Shown here piece after piece: positions 9,321-19,455 of a stretch of DNA of 64,000 nt. Position numbers and translations under genes: made by a program. The DNA comes from Planctomycetota bacterium (GTDB lineage: Bacteria > Planctomycetota > PLA2 > JAEUHO01). Numbering within the stretch: position 1 is the stretch's first letter; each line of letters starts with the position of its first letter. The stretch covers positions 1 to 64,000 of the forward strand of contig CBDCWP010000040.1 of the NCBI GenBank assembly GCA_965223505.1, in the 5' to 3' direction. The notes under the pieces are model-generated. The model saw nothing but the letters and a program-made list of their open reading frames with translations. It was not told the DNA's origin and did no database searches.

Positions 9321-9609
9321 CGACGCGGGCTGGGTCGTTCTTGATGTCGCGCGAACGGCTAGGGGCCTGCCCCCAGGGGATCGCGGTGCCCGGCCAAAGC
9401 CCCGGTCCGGCCGCCGGAATCCCGTCGCTGCGAGGCCAGCCTAGCCGGATCCGCGGCGGCGGCCAGGAGCGGCCGCGATCCGCCCGATTCCGGCCAGGCG
9501 GCGGACCGGGCGGTTTGGCGCATGCGGGCGCTCGGTCGGAACGGGGCCCGAGAGGCGCCATCTGCGCCTCCGCGCCGCCGAAAACGACCGAACGTCCGCC
9601 CGTCGCCGG

Positions 9610-10764
9610 CTAGAAGCCCTTCTCGAGGCTCTCGATGATCTTCAGCAGCGGCAGGAAGAGGCCCAGCACGATCAAGAAGACCGCGCCGCCCATGAAGACG
9701 ATCAGGATCGGCTCGATGATGCTGACGAGCGAGCCGACGGCCACGTCGACCTCGTCGTCGTAGTTGTCGGCGACGCGGATGAGCATCTTGTCGAGCTCGC
9801 CCGTCTCCTCGCCGACGTCGATCATGTTCACGACGATGTCGTCGAAGATCCCGCTCTCGCCGAGCGGCTCTGCGATGGTGCCGCCCTCGGAGATCGAGTC
9901 GCGCACCTTCTCCAGCGCTTCCTGCATGATCACGTTGCCTGCCGTGTGCTGGCAGATGTCGAGCGCTTCGAGGATCGGCACGCCGGACGCGATCAGCGTT
10001 CCGAACGTGCGGCTGAACCGCGCGACCACGATCTTGCGCGCCAACGGACCGATGATGGGCAGCCGCAGCTTGACGCGGTCCCCGAGCCTTCGTCCGAAGC
10101 GGGTGTTCATGAAGGCCTTGAACGCCGCCACCAGGACGATGATGCCGATCAGCATCACCCACCACTTCTCGAGCAGGAAGTTCGAGAAGGCCTGGAGGTA
10201 CTGCGTGAGCGTGGGCAGCTCGCCGAGCTGCGGCATCGACGCGAAGACCTTCTCGAACTTCGGGACGACGAAGATCATGATCAGCAGCAGGATGGCGATC
10301 GTGACGGTGAAGACCACCGCCGGGTAGATCATCGCGCCCTTGATGCGCTTCTTCAGCCGCTCGGCCTTCTCGAGGAAGCCTGCGAGACGCGAGAGGATCA
10401 CGTCGAGCACGCCGCCGGCCTCGCCGGCCTTCACCATGTTGGTGTAGAGGTTGTCGAAGACGGTCGCGTGCTTGCCGAGGCTCTCGGACAGCGGCGAGCC
10501 GGACTCGACCTCTTCCGACACCTCGACGAGCACGGACTTGAACGGACCGCGGTCGAGCTGGCCCTCGAGGATCTTCAGGCTGCGCACGATCGGCAGCCCG
10601 GCGTCCTGCAGCGTCGAGAGCTGCGTCGTGAACTGGGTCAGCGCCTTGGTCGAGACCCTGACGCGGCGTCCGAGCTTCTTGCGCGCGGGGGGCGGCGCCT
10701 GTCCGCCTCCGCGTCCGGCCCGGCTACCGCCGCCCTTCTTCTGGCCTGCGGGGATCTTCGGCAT
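9610..10764 (-). CDS. pilC: Type IV pilus / T2SS platform protein (PilC/GspF)
   Basis: FTTQLSTLQDAGLP, NMVKAGEAGGVL, AMIYP, RFSRTFGTLIASGVP, GEETGELDKML, IEP. Confidence 0.93.
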   Translation of the reverse strand: MPKIPAGQKKGGGSRAGRGGGQAPPPARKKLGRRVRVSTKALTQFTTQLSTLQDAGLPIVRSLKILEGQLDRGPFKSVLVEVSEEVESGSPLSESLGKHATVFDNLYTNMVKAGEAGGVLDVILSRLAGFLEKAERLKKRIKGAMIYPAVVFTVTIAILLLIMIFVVPKFEKVFASMPQLGELPTLTQYLQAFSNFLLEKWWVMLIGIIVLVAAFKAFMNTRFGRRLGDRVKLRLPIIGPLARKIVVARFSRTFGTLIASGVPILEALDICQHTAGNVIMQEALEKVRDSISEGGTIAEPLGESGIFDDIVVNMIDVGEETGELDKMLIRVADNYDDEVDVAVGSLVSIIEPILIVFMGGAVFLIVLGLFLPLLKIIESLEKGF

Positions 10765-10832
10765 CGCTACTGGTCTCCTCGCTCACCTGGCGAACACCGG
10801 TTGTACGGCATTCGTTTCGGGGTCCCTCGCAA

Positions 10833-12563
10833 TCACAGGGCCATTGACTCCCGGATCACCTCCTCGACGGTGGTGACGCCGTCGAAGATCGCCATCAGGC
10901 CCGATTCACGCAAGGTTCGCATGCCCTCGCGCCGGCCCTGGGCGCGCAGCTCGTCCGACGAAACGCCGTCGAGCACCAGCTGGCGCAGGGCGTCGGACAT
11001 CATCAGCATCTCGAAGATCGCCGTACGGCCCTTGTAGCCAGTTCCGTTGCAGCGCGCACAGCCCTGGCCGTACGCGAACTTCTTGTCGCCGAGCTCCTGC
11101 TCTTCGAGGTTGAGCTCCATCAGCACCTCGGCGCCCGGCGTGTAGGTGACCTTGCACTGGTCGCAGATGCGCCGCACCAGTCGCTGGGCGATGATCGCCT
11201 CGACCGTCGCGGCGACGAGGAACGGCTCGATGCCCAGGTCGAGCATGCGCGTCACCGCCTGCGGGGCGTCGTTGGTGTGCAGCGTCGAGAACACGACGTG
11301 ACCGGTCAGCGCCGCCTCGACCGCGATCGTCGCGGTGTCGTAGTCGCGGATCTCGCCGACGAGGATCATGTCCGGGTCCTGACGCAGGATCGCGCGCAGG
11401 CAGTTCGCGTACGTGACGCCGATCTCCTCGTTCACCTGGATCTGCGAGATGCCCTCGAGCTCGTACTCGACCGGATCTTCCGTCGTGATGATCTTGATGC
11501 CGACGTCGTTGGCGAAGTTGAGCGCGGAGTAGAGCGTCGTCGTCTTGCCGGACCCCGTCGGTCCCGTCACCAGCACGATGCCGTGCGGAAGCTTGATCAG
11601 CTTCTTCATCGCTTCGAGCTCTTGTTCGCGAAGTCCCACGTTCTCGAGCTCGAGCGAGACGACGGAGCGGTCGAGCACGCGAATCACGCACGACTCTCCG
11701 AACATCGTCGGCAGCGTGCTCACGCGCAGGTCGACGGGACGACCGCCTATGGAGATCTCGATGCGCCCGTCCTGCGGCAACCGCGTCTCGGCGATGTCCA
11801 AACCGGACATGACCTTCACGCGGCTGATCAGCGGCAGCGCGAGGTGCAGCGGCGGCGCTTCGAGCTCGTAGAGCGCGCCGTCGACGCGATAGCGAATCTT
11901 GAAGTCGCCGTCGAACGGCTCGAGGTGGATGTCGGAGGCGCGGTCGCGAATCGCCTGGAACAGGATGTACTGCAACAGCTTGATGACCGGCGGCGAGTTG
12001 GCCATCGCCTCCTGGTCTTCGAGATCGATGTCGCCGCGCACGGCGCCGGCCGGAACGTCCATCTGCGACACGACCGTGTCGACGAGGTCCTTCATCGAGT
12101 CCTCGTCGCCGTAGTGCTCCTCGACGAGCTTCTTGATCTCGGCTTCGGGCGCCAGCACGCCCTCTACGTCGGAGCCCGTCATGAACTCCAGATCGGGCAA
12201 GAGCCCCGTGTTCTGGGGGTTTCCGAGCGCCACGACGAGCTTGTTGCCCTCGGCGCGCACCGGGATGCAGTTGAACATCTTCGCGGTGTTGGCGTCGATG
12301 CGCTCGAGCAGCTCCTCCGTGAACGTCACCGTCGAGAGGTCGAGCATCTCGAGGCCGGCCTGCCGGGCCAGCGCGAGCTGCAAGTCGGCATCGCTCAGGT
12401 GGCCGAGCTCGATCAGGATCTGACCGATCTGTCCGCCCTTGTCGCGCTGGACCGAGAGCGCCTCCTGGATCATCCCCTCGTGGACGACTTTCATCTCCTT
12501 GAGGATCTGCCCGAGGAGCTTCTTGGTCCGCGTGTAGCGATAGTCACCCGCGTGCTGTGCCAT
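10833..12563 (-). CDS. pilB: Type IV pilus assembly ATPase PilB (GspE family)
   Basis: MshEN-like N-terminus, ASDIHLEP, GPTGSGKTTT, TEDPVEY, RQDPD..VGEIRD, TGH..STLHTN, two CxxC pairs. Confidence 0.93.
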   Translation of the reverse strand: MAQHAGDYRYTRTKKLLGQILKEMKVVHEGMIQEALSVQRDKGGQIGQILIELGHLSDADLQLALARQAGLEMLDLSTVTFTEELLERIDANTAKMFNCIPVRAEGNKLVVALGNPQNTGLLPDLEFMTGSDVEGVLAPEAEIKKLVEEHYGDEDSMKDLVDTVVSQMDVPAGAVRGDIDLEDQEAMANSPPVIKLLQYILFQAIRDRASDIHLEPFDGDFKIRYRVDGALYELEAPPLHLALPLISRVKVMSGLDIAETRLPQDGRIEISIGGRPVDLRVSTLPTMFGESCVIRVLDRSVVSLELENVGLREQELEAMKKLIKLPHGIVLVTGPTGSGKTTTLYSALNFANDVGIKIITTEDPVEYELEGISQIQVNEEIGVTYANCLRAILRQDPDMILVGEIRDYDTATIAVEAALTGHVVFSTLHTNDAPQAVTRMLDLGIEPFLVAATVEAIIAQRLVRRICDQCKVTYTPGAEVLMELNLEEQELGDKKFAYGQGCARCNGTGYKGRTAIFEMLMMSDALRQLVLDGVSSDELRAQGRREGMRTLRESGLMAIFDGVTTVEEVIRESMAL

Positions 12564-12566
12564 CGG

Positions 12567-13640
12567 CTAGATCTCTCCGAGCTTCTCACGCATCGCGCGC
12601 GGGTTCTGGCACTTGAGCAGGAGCTGGTCCTTGCCGATCGTCCCGGCTTCGTAGAGCTCCCAGAGGTGGTCGTCGAGCAGGAACATGCCCTTCTGGCGGC
12701 CGGTCTGGATCGCGCTGGGGATCTTGAAGGTCTCGGCCTTGCGAACGTGGTTCTCGATGCCGGGCGTCATGACCATGACCTCGAAGCCGGCCACCATGCC
12801 CGACCCGTCCGCGCGCGGCATCAGCACCTGGCTGATGACGCCGATGAGCGACACCGAGAGCTGCACGCGCACCATCTCCTGCTGCTCCGGCGGAAACTGG
12901 TCGATGATGCGGTCCACGGTCCTGGCCGAACCCGTCGTATGCAGGGTGCCGAGCACGAGGTGACCGGTCTCGGCGGCCGTGATCGCCGTGGAGATCGTGT
13001 CGAGGTCGCGCATCTCGCCCAGCAGGATGACGTCGGGGTCCTCGCGCAGCGCGCGTCGAATCGCTTCGGGGAAGGACGTGACGTCGGTTCCGACCTCGCG
13101 CTGGTTGACGATGCACGAGCGGTGCGGGTGGAAGTACTCGATCGGGTCCTCGATCGTGATGATGTGGTGCTCGCGGTTCTCGTTGATGTGGTCGATCATC
13201 GTTGCGAGCGTCGTCGTCTTGCCGCAGCCCGTCGGGCCGGTGATGAGCAGCAGCCCGCGCGGCCGGTCGAGCAGGTCGATGACGTCCCCCGACAGCCCGA
13301 TCTGCTCGAACGTGAGCAGCTCGTTCGGAATCTGCCGGCAGACCATCGTCGGGTTGCCCTTCTGCTTGAAGACGGCGACGCGGAAGCGCGCCTTGTCGCC
13401 GTGCGCCCAACCGAAGTCGGCGCTGCCGACCTCGTCGAACTCCTCCTTCTTGAGCTTCGGGATGATCTCGTCGATGAGCGCGCCGGCCTCTTCCTTGGTG
13501 AGCGCCGGGTGCTTGATGTCGCGCAGGCGGCCCTTCAGGCGCAGCACGGGCGGTCGCCCCACCGTGATGTGCAGGTCGCTCGCGCCGGTCTCGACCATGG
13601 TGTCGAACAGGCGGTGGATGTCTTCGCCGACGATGGGCAT
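12567..13640 (-). CDS. pilT: Type IV pilus retraction ATPase PilT
   Basis: GASDLHI, GPTGCGKTTTLA, TIEDPIEY, ALREDPDVILLGEMRD, AAETGHLVLGTLHT. Confidence 0.93.
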   Translation of the reverse strand: MPIVGEDIHRLFDTMVETGASDLHITVGRPPVLRLKGRLRDIKHPALTKEEAGALIDEIIPKLKKEEFDEVGSADFGWAHGDKARFRVAVFKQKGNPTMVCRQIPNELLTFEQIGLSGDVIDLLDRPRGLLLITGPTGCGKTTTLATMIDHINENREHHIITIEDPIEYFHPHRSCIVNQREVGTDVTSFPEAIRRALREDPDVILLGEMRDLDTISTAITAAETGHLVLGTLHTTGSARTVDRIIDQFPPEQQEMVRVQLSVSLIGVISQVLMPRADGSGMVAGFEVMVMTPGIENHVRKAETFKIPSAIQTGRQKGMFLLDDHLWELYEAGTIGKDQLLLKCQNPRAMREKLGEI

Positions 13641-13695
13641 GGCTTCGGACTCTCCGGAACTTGGTTAGTTTGTTATCACCGACCGGAAGGTCGGT

Positions 13696-15387
13696 TTACA
13701 CCGCAACGGCTTCGCCGTCGGTGTTCATCTCGGAACCGGCGACGCGCAGGACTTCCTCGATCGTGGTCACGCCGGCCAGCACCTTGCGGATGCCGTCTTC
13801 GCGCAGGCTGCGCAGGCCGCCCGTCAGGCGGGCCTGCTCCCGGATCTCCATGGTGCTGCCGCCGCGGTAGGTCGTCTCGCGGATCTGCGGGTCCATCACG
13901 AACATCTCGAAGATGCCGATGCGGCCGCGGTAGCCCTCGAAGCGGCACTCGCGGCAGCCGATGGCCTGATAGATGTCGCGGCCGGCGATGTCCTCCGCGC
14001 GCAGGCCCACGGCCGCGAGCAGGTGCGCCGGGGGCGTGTGGGGCTTGCGGCACGTCTCGCACAGCCGCCGCACGAGACGCTGCGCGAGGACGGCCATGAT
14101 CGCGGTGGAGACGAGGAACGGCTTCACGCCCATGTCGATCAGACGAGTCAGCGCGGAGGGCGCGTCGTTGGTGTGAAGCGTCGAGAACACGAGGTGGCCG
14201 GTCAGCGAAGCCTGAATGGCGATCTCGGCGGTCTCGGCGTCGCGAATCTCACCCACGAGGATGATGTTCGGCGCCTGACGCAGCATGGCGCGCAGGATGC
14301 GCGCGAAGTCGAGCCCGATGCCGTGGCGAACCTCCGCCTGGTTGATGCCCGCGAGGTGGTACTCGACCGGGTTCTCCGCCGTGATGATCTTGACGTTCGG
14401 TTGGTTGAGCGTCTTGAGCGCGGCGTAGAGCGTCGTCGTCTTGCCGGACCCGGTCGGGCCGGTGACGAGGAAGATGCCGTTGGGGCGCTTGATCACGCGA
14501 TCGAAGCGGTCCCGGTCGTCGCCGGTGAAGCCGAGGTCGTCGAGATCGACGAGCGCCACCTCCCTATCGAGGATGCGCATCACGATCTGCTCGCCCGTTG
14601 CCGTCGGAATCAGGGAAACGCGCATGTCGATGGGCCGCCCCATCAGCTGGATGTTGATGCGCCCGTCCTGCGGCTTGCGGTGCTCGGAGATGTCCATGCG
14701 CGCCATCACCTTCAGGCGCGTGATGACGGGACCGGCGAGCTCCTTGTCGAGGGAGTGCGCTTCGAAGCAGACGCCGTCGACGCGGTAGCGAACGCGGACG
14801 CGCTCGACCATGGGCTCGACGTGGATGTCGGACGCGCGCTGCGCGAGCGCCTGCTCCATGATCTCGTGGACGAGTCGGATGACGGGCGCGTCCTCGTCCT
14901 CCTCCTCTTCCTCGCGGCCCCGGACCTTCTTCTTGATCTCGACCTTCTCGCCCAGCCCGTACGACTCGGCGCGCACGTTGTTCAGCGCGGACGAGGGCGT
15001 CAGCGCGAACGCGAGCTCGCGGTTCAGCACGAACCGCAGGTCGTCCACGGTGAACGTGACCATCGGATCGTCCGTCGCGAGGATGAGCTTCCCCTGGTGC
15101 AGCTTCACCGGGACGATGCCGAAGTCCTGCACGACCTGCGTCGGCACCAGCTCGACGACCTCGGGCGCGATGTGGGCGCGAGAGAGGTCCACGAACGGAA
15201 GCTTGAACTGACGGCACAGCGCCTTGGTCAGCTGGGTCTCGTCGATGAAGCCAAGATCGACCATCGCTTTGCCCAGCTTGGTGCCGGGAATGCGGCGCTG
15301 GTAGTCGAGCGCCTCCTTGAGCTTGCGCTCGTCGATGGCCCCCATCTCCATGAGGATCTGACCGATCTGGCGGTGACCTGTAGACAT
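13696..15387 (-). CDS. pilB: Second PilB/GspE-family ATPase
   Basis: Probable start MSTGHRQIGQILMEMG at 15387. ASDIHVEP, GPTGSGKTTT, TAENPVEY, RQAPNIILVGEIRD, STLHTNDA, two CxxC pairs. Confidence 0.9.
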   Translation of the reverse strand: MSTGHRQIGQILMEMGAIDERKLKEALDYQRRIPGTKLGKAMVDLGFIDETQLTKALCRQFKLPFVDLSRAHIAPEVVELVPTQVVQDFGIVPVKLHQGKLILATDDPMVTFTVDDLRFVLNRELAFALTPSSALNNVRAESYGLGEKVEIKKKVRGREEEEEDEDAPVIRLVHEIMEQALAQRASDIHVEPMVERVRVRYRVDGVCFEAHSLDKELAGPVITRLKVMARMDISEHRKPQDGRINIQLMGRPIDMRVSLIPTATGEQIVMRILDREVALVDLDDLGFTGDDRDRFDRVIKRPNGIFLVTGPTGSGKTTTLYAALKTLNQPNVKIITAENPVEYHLAGINQAEVRHGIGLDFARILRAMLRQAPNIILVGEIRDAETAEIAIQASLTGHLVFSTLHTNDAPSALTRLIDMGVKPFLVSTAIMAVLAQRLVRRLCETCRKPHTPPAHLLAAVGLRAEDIAGRDIYQAIGCRECRFEGYRGRIGIFEMFVMDPQIRETTYRGGSTMEIREQARLTGGLRSLREDGIRKVLAGVTTIEEVLRVAGSEMNTDGEAVAV

Positions 15388-15564
15388 GGGTCGGGCTCGG
15401 CTCCCTTCGATTGGGGCGTGGGGTATAGCACATCGCGGGCCAGGGCCGCCACGTGACGAAAGGGTTACCCACGGGGCGACAATCGGCACTCCGACGGTCC
15501 CCCGGCAGCCCGTTCGACCCGCCGCCGGTTCGCAGGACCCCGACCCCGTCAGGAGGAGGCACCC

Positions 15565-16455
15565 ATGGCTCGCACAGGTACAGGTTCGCTGCTGGCCCTC
15601 GTGGGGTGCGCCGCCCTCGTCTTGGGGGGCTGTGGCCTGATGGGGGGCGGCGCGACGACCCCGCCGCGGCAGCTGCAGCTCAACCGCGACACGCCCGAGA
15701 AGGCGTACGAGTACTTCAAGGAGATGGCGCGGGCCAATCAGACTGGAGCCGAGTGGGACACCTTCAGCCCGAACTTCAAGCGGATGCTGAACCAGGCCGT
15801 CGGCCGCAACGTGGACCTCGGCGACTACAACCTCGCGCGGGGCACCGTGGCGACGAACAGCCAGGCGGACATGCAGCTCCTGCTCAACAGCACCCTCGTC
15901 GGGGTGCAGTACACGAACGACGCGCGCACCGAAGCGCTGGTCACGATCTCGGCCGGCGGCAAGTCCATCTCGCCCAAGTTCGTCCGGCTCACGCGCTGGG
16001 AGGTGCAGCTCAAGGGCGAGGACGACCCGTACACCGACTTCGTCTCGAGCGCGGGACAGGTGACGCGGATCGGACCGGACGGGTCGATCACGGTCATGAT
16101 CCGGCCGCCGCAGTACACGGCGGACTTCCTTCGCTCCGTGCGACCGGAGCAGGTGGACGCGGTGCGCGTCGAGGCCCAGTGGTACGTGGACGACTTCGGC
16201 GGGCTCGACGCGTTGGTCGGCGAGTCCGCGGCCGGCGAAGGCACGCAGCAGCCGGCGCCGCAACCCACGCCGCAGCCGCGGCCGCGGGAAGCCATTCCGG
16301 GCACCGGACCGTCGCCGACGCCGCTGCCGCCTTCGGGCGGCGGGTTCGGTTCCCCGGACGGCAGCCCCCCCACCGGTTTCGGTTCCCCGGACGGCGGTTC
16401 GTCGGGTGGCTTCGGTTCGCCCGACGGGAGCGGTTTCGGCTCACCGGACGGCTAG
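15565..16455 (+). CDS. Hypothetical lipoprotein with C-terminal GFGSPDG repeats
   Basis: AGGAGG RBS, lipobox LGG-C, globular core, Pro-rich linker, four GFGSPDG copies ending at the stop. Confidence 0.75.
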   Translation: MARTGTGSLLALVGCAALVLGGCGLMGGGATTPPRQLQLNRDTPEKAYEYFKEMARANQTGAEWDTFSPNFKRMLNQAVGRNVDLGDYNLARGTVATNSQADMQLLLNSTLVGVQYTNDARTEALVTISAGGKSISPKFVRLTRWEVQLKGEDDPYTDFVSSAGQVTRIGPDGSITVMIRPPQYTADFLRSVRPEQVDAVRVEAQWYVDDFGGLDALVGESAAGEGTQQPAPQPTPQPRPREAIPGTGPSPTPLPPSGGGFGSPDGSPPTGFGSPDGGSSGGFGSPDGSGFGSPDG

Positions 16456-16543
16456 CGGCGCGGAGCGCCCAAATCACCCGCGTCTGCTCTTTCGCCGTCG
16501 ATGCCTGCGGGTACGTTGCGCATCCAGGCGACGGAGAATGTCG

Positions 16544-19210
16544 ATGCAAGACGCCGGCACAGAGGCGCCCGTGGTGGACACGGCGCGCCTGATCTGGCAT
16601 TTCGGACCCGGTGAGGCAGACGGCCGGGCGGACATGAAGGACGTCCTCGGCGGCAAGGGCGCCAACCTCGCCGAGATGTGCCGCATCGGTCTGCCGGTGC
16701 CGCCCGGGTTCACCATCGCGACGACGGTCTGCAAGCAGTACTACGACAACGGAGGCAAGCTGCCGCAGGACGTCGTTGCCGGCCTGCACGAGGCCGTGGG
16801 CCGCCTCGAGACGCACAGCGGCAAGAAGTTCGGCGATCCCGAGCGGCCGTTGCTCGTCTCGGTCCGCAGCGGCGCGGCGCTCTCCATGCCCGGCATGATG
16901 GACACCGTTCTCAATCTCGGTCTGAACGCCGCTGCAACCGAGGGCATGGCGGCCATGACCGGCAACCGCCGCTTCGCGCTCGACGCGCGCCGTCGGTTCA
17001 TCCAGATGTTCGCGAACGTGGTCGAAGGCGTCTCGCTCGAGCACTTCGAGCTCGTCCTCGACAACGCGCAGCGCGCGGCCGGCGTGGCGTCCGACACCGA
17101 GCTCGACGCGGACGTGCTGGAAGGCGTCGTGAAGGACTACCTCGAGATCTACCAGCGCGAGACCGGCGCCGCGTTCCCCGAAGATCCGTACGACCAGCTC
17201 GAGCGGTCGGTATCCGCGGTCTTCGGTTCGTGGATGGGCAATCGCGCGGTCGAGTACCGCGAGATCCACGACATCACGGGACTGGTCGGCACCGCCGTCA
17301 ACGTGCAGACCATGGTGTTCGGCAACCTCGGGCCCACCTCGGGCACGGGAGTCTGCTTCACGCGTGATCCGTCGACGGGTGAAAACGTCTTCTACGGCGA
17401 ATACCTGATGAACGCGCAGGGCGAAGACGTCGTCGCGGGCATTCGGACGCCCCAGGAGCTCTCCGGCCTCGCGAACGAGAGCGCGAAGGTGTACGAGCAG
17501 CTCGAGGGCGTACGCGATCTCCTCGAGCGTCACTACAAGGACATGCAGGACATCGAGTTCACGATCGAAGAGGACGTGCTCTACATTCTGCAGACGCGAA
17601 CAGGCAAGCGCACCGCGCGGTCGGCCGTGCGCATCGCCGTCGAGATGGCCGACAGCGGGTTGATCTCCCGTGAGGAAGCGGTCGGACGCATCGCGCCCGA
17701 CGAGCTCGACCGGCTGCTGCACCCGCAGTTCGATCCGGACGCGGAGCGCGACGTGCTCGCCACCGGTCTCCCGGCGAGCCCCGGCGCGGTGAGCGGCAAG
17801 GTCGTCTTCACGGCGGAGGACGCCAAGGAATGGAAGGCGCGCGGCGAGTCCGTCATCCTCGTGCGCAACGAGACGAGCCCGGAGGACGTGGGCGGCATGC
17901 ACGCGGCGGAGGGCATCCTGACGGCGACGGGCGGCATGACGTCGCACGCGGCGGTGGTTGCGCGTGGCATGGGCAAGTGCTGCGTCGCCGGTGCCGGCAC
18001 GGTGCGCATCGACTACGGCGCCGCGACGTTTCGCGTCGACGACCGGACCGTGAAGGAAGGCGAGATCATCTCGCTCGACGGCACCGCGGGCGAGGTGATG
18101 TGGGGCGCGGTCAAGACGATGGCCGCCGACCCGGGCGCCGAGTTCGAGACGTTGTTGTCGTGGGCCGACGAGCTGCGCCGCATGAAGGTGCGGGCCAACG
18201 CCGACACGCCCGACGACGCGACCCTGGCCCGGCGCTTCGGCGCGCAGGGCATCGGCCTTTGCCGTACGGAGCACATGTTTTTCGGGGACGACCGCATCAC
18301 GGCGATGCGCGAGATGATCCTGGCGGAGGTGGAGGCCGACCGGCGCGTCGCGCTGCAGAAGCTCCTGCCGTTCCAGCGCGAGGACTTCGCCGGCATCCTG
18401 CGGGCGATGGACGGCCTGCCGGTGACGATTCGGCTGCTCGATCCGCCGCTGCACGAGTTCCTGCCGCACGAGGACGATGCGATCGAAGCCGTGGCCGACG
18501 CGCTCGGCATCGCGGCGTCGGCGGTGAAGGACCGCGCCGCCCGTCTGCACGAGATGAACCCGATGCTCGGGCATCGCGGGTGCCGTCTGGGGATCACCTA
18601 TCCGGAGATCTACGAGATGCAGGTGCGCGCGATCTACGAAGCCGCAGCGCAGGGTCTCGAGGCGGGGCGGTCGCCCAAGCCCGAGGTGATGATCCCGTTG
18701 GTGGGCTCGCTTACCGAGTACACGACCCTTCGCGATCAGCTCGTCGCGGTTGCGGACGGCGTGCTGCGCGAGCGCGGCGCGAAGCTCGACGTGGTGTTCG
18801 GCACGATGATCGAGATCCCGCGCGCCGCGCTGCAGGCGCAGCAGATCGGCGCCGAGGCGGACTTCTTCTCGTTCGGAACGAACGACTTGACGCAGCTCAC
18901 GTTCGGATTCAGCCGTGACGACATCGGCTCGTTCTTGCCGGACTACCTCGAACAGGGCGTCTTGCCGGCCGACCCGTTCCAGACGATCGACCAGGACGGC
19001 GTGGGCGAGCTGGTGCGGCTGGGTACGGAGCGCGGTCGTCTGGCGAAGCCGGACCTCAAGGTGGGAATCTGCGGCGAGCACGGCGGCGAGCCGGCGAGCA
19101 TTCACTTCTGCGAGCGCGTCGGGCTGGATTACGTGTCGTGCTCACCGTTCCGCGTACCGATTGCCCGACTGGCTTCGGCGCAGGCCGCGACGAGCCGACG
19201 CACGCCGTAG
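16544..19210 (+). CDS. ppdK: Pyruvate, phosphate dikinase
   Basis: LGGKGANLAEM, PVPPGFTI, LLVSVRSGA..SMPGMMDT, GGMTSHAAVVARGMG, GIGLCRTEHMF, FSFGTNDLTQ, GICGEHGG. Start chosen by GGAG spacing. Confidence 0.97.
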   Translation: MQDAGTEAPVVDTARLIWHFGPGEADGRADMKDVLGGKGANLAEMCRIGLPVPPGFTIATTVCKQYYDNGGKLPQDVVAGLHEAVGRLETHSGKKFGDPERPLLVSVRSGAALSMPGMMDTVLNLGLNAAATEGMAAMTGNRRFALDARRRFIQMFANVVEGVSLEHFELVLDNAQRAAGVASDTELDADVLEGVVKDYLEIYQRETGAAFPEDPYDQLERSVSAVFGSWMGNRAVEYREIHDITGLVGTAVNVQTMVFGNLGPTSGTGVCFTRDPSTGENVFYGEYLMNAQGEDVVAGIRTPQELSGLANESAKVYEQLEGVRDLLERHYKDMQDIEFTIEEDVLYILQTRTGKRTARSAVRIAVEMADSGLISREEAVGRIAPDELDRLLHPQFDPDAERDVLATGLPASPGAVSGKVVFTAEDAKEWKARGESVILVRNETSPEDVGGMHAAEGILTATGGMTSHAAVVARGMGKCCVAGAGTVRIDYGAATFRVDDRTVKEGEIISLDGTAGEVMWGAVKTMAADPGAEFETLLSWADELRRMKVRANADTPDDATLARRFGAQGIGLCRTEHMFFGDDRITAMREMILAEVEADRRVALQKLLPFQREDFAGILRAMDGLPVTIRLLDPPLHEFLPHEDDAIEAVADALGIAASAVKDRAARLHEMNPMLGHRGCRLGITYPEIYEMQVRAIYEAAAQGLEAGRSPKPEVMIPLVGSLTEYTTLRDQLVAVADGVLRERGAKLDVVFGTMIEIPRAALQAQQIGAEADFFSFGTNDLTQLTFGFSRDDIGSFLPDYLEQGVLPADPFQTIDQDGVGELVRLGTERGRLAKPDLKVGICGEHGGEPASIHFCERVGLDYVSCSPFRVPIARLASAQAATSRRTP

Positions 19211-19455
19211 GGGCGACCCTCGTGGTCGCCCCACCCGTCAGGTCCGGGCTCATGCGCGGTTGGGCAGCCACAAGGGCTGCCCCTACAGGTCTTGCGCCAC
19301 GTGGACGTGAACGTGCACCTGATCGTGCACGACACCTCCGCGACCGCGAGGCGGTGAACGCAGGTGCGGATGTAGGGGCGACCCTCGTGGTCGCCCAACC
19401 CGTCGATCAGGTCCGGGCTCATGCGCGGTTGGGCAGCCACAAGGGCTGCCCCTAC
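19207..19455. repeat. Second cluster of the same GTAG REP family (two inverted pairs)
   Basis: GTAGGGGCGACCCTCGTGGTCGCCC at 19207 and 19372. GGGCAGCCACAAGGGCTGCCCCTAC at 19262 and 19431. Confidence 0.9.

Noticed and set aside
9325..9605. GC-rich inverted repeats between pilC and the peptidase lipoprotein gene
   Set aside because: Short imperfect stems are expected at this GC content, with no recognisable RNA motif or second copy.
13696..16263. 855-aa extended PilB
   Set aside because: The extension is antisense to the lipoprotein gene at 15565-16455. The real start is probably 15387.
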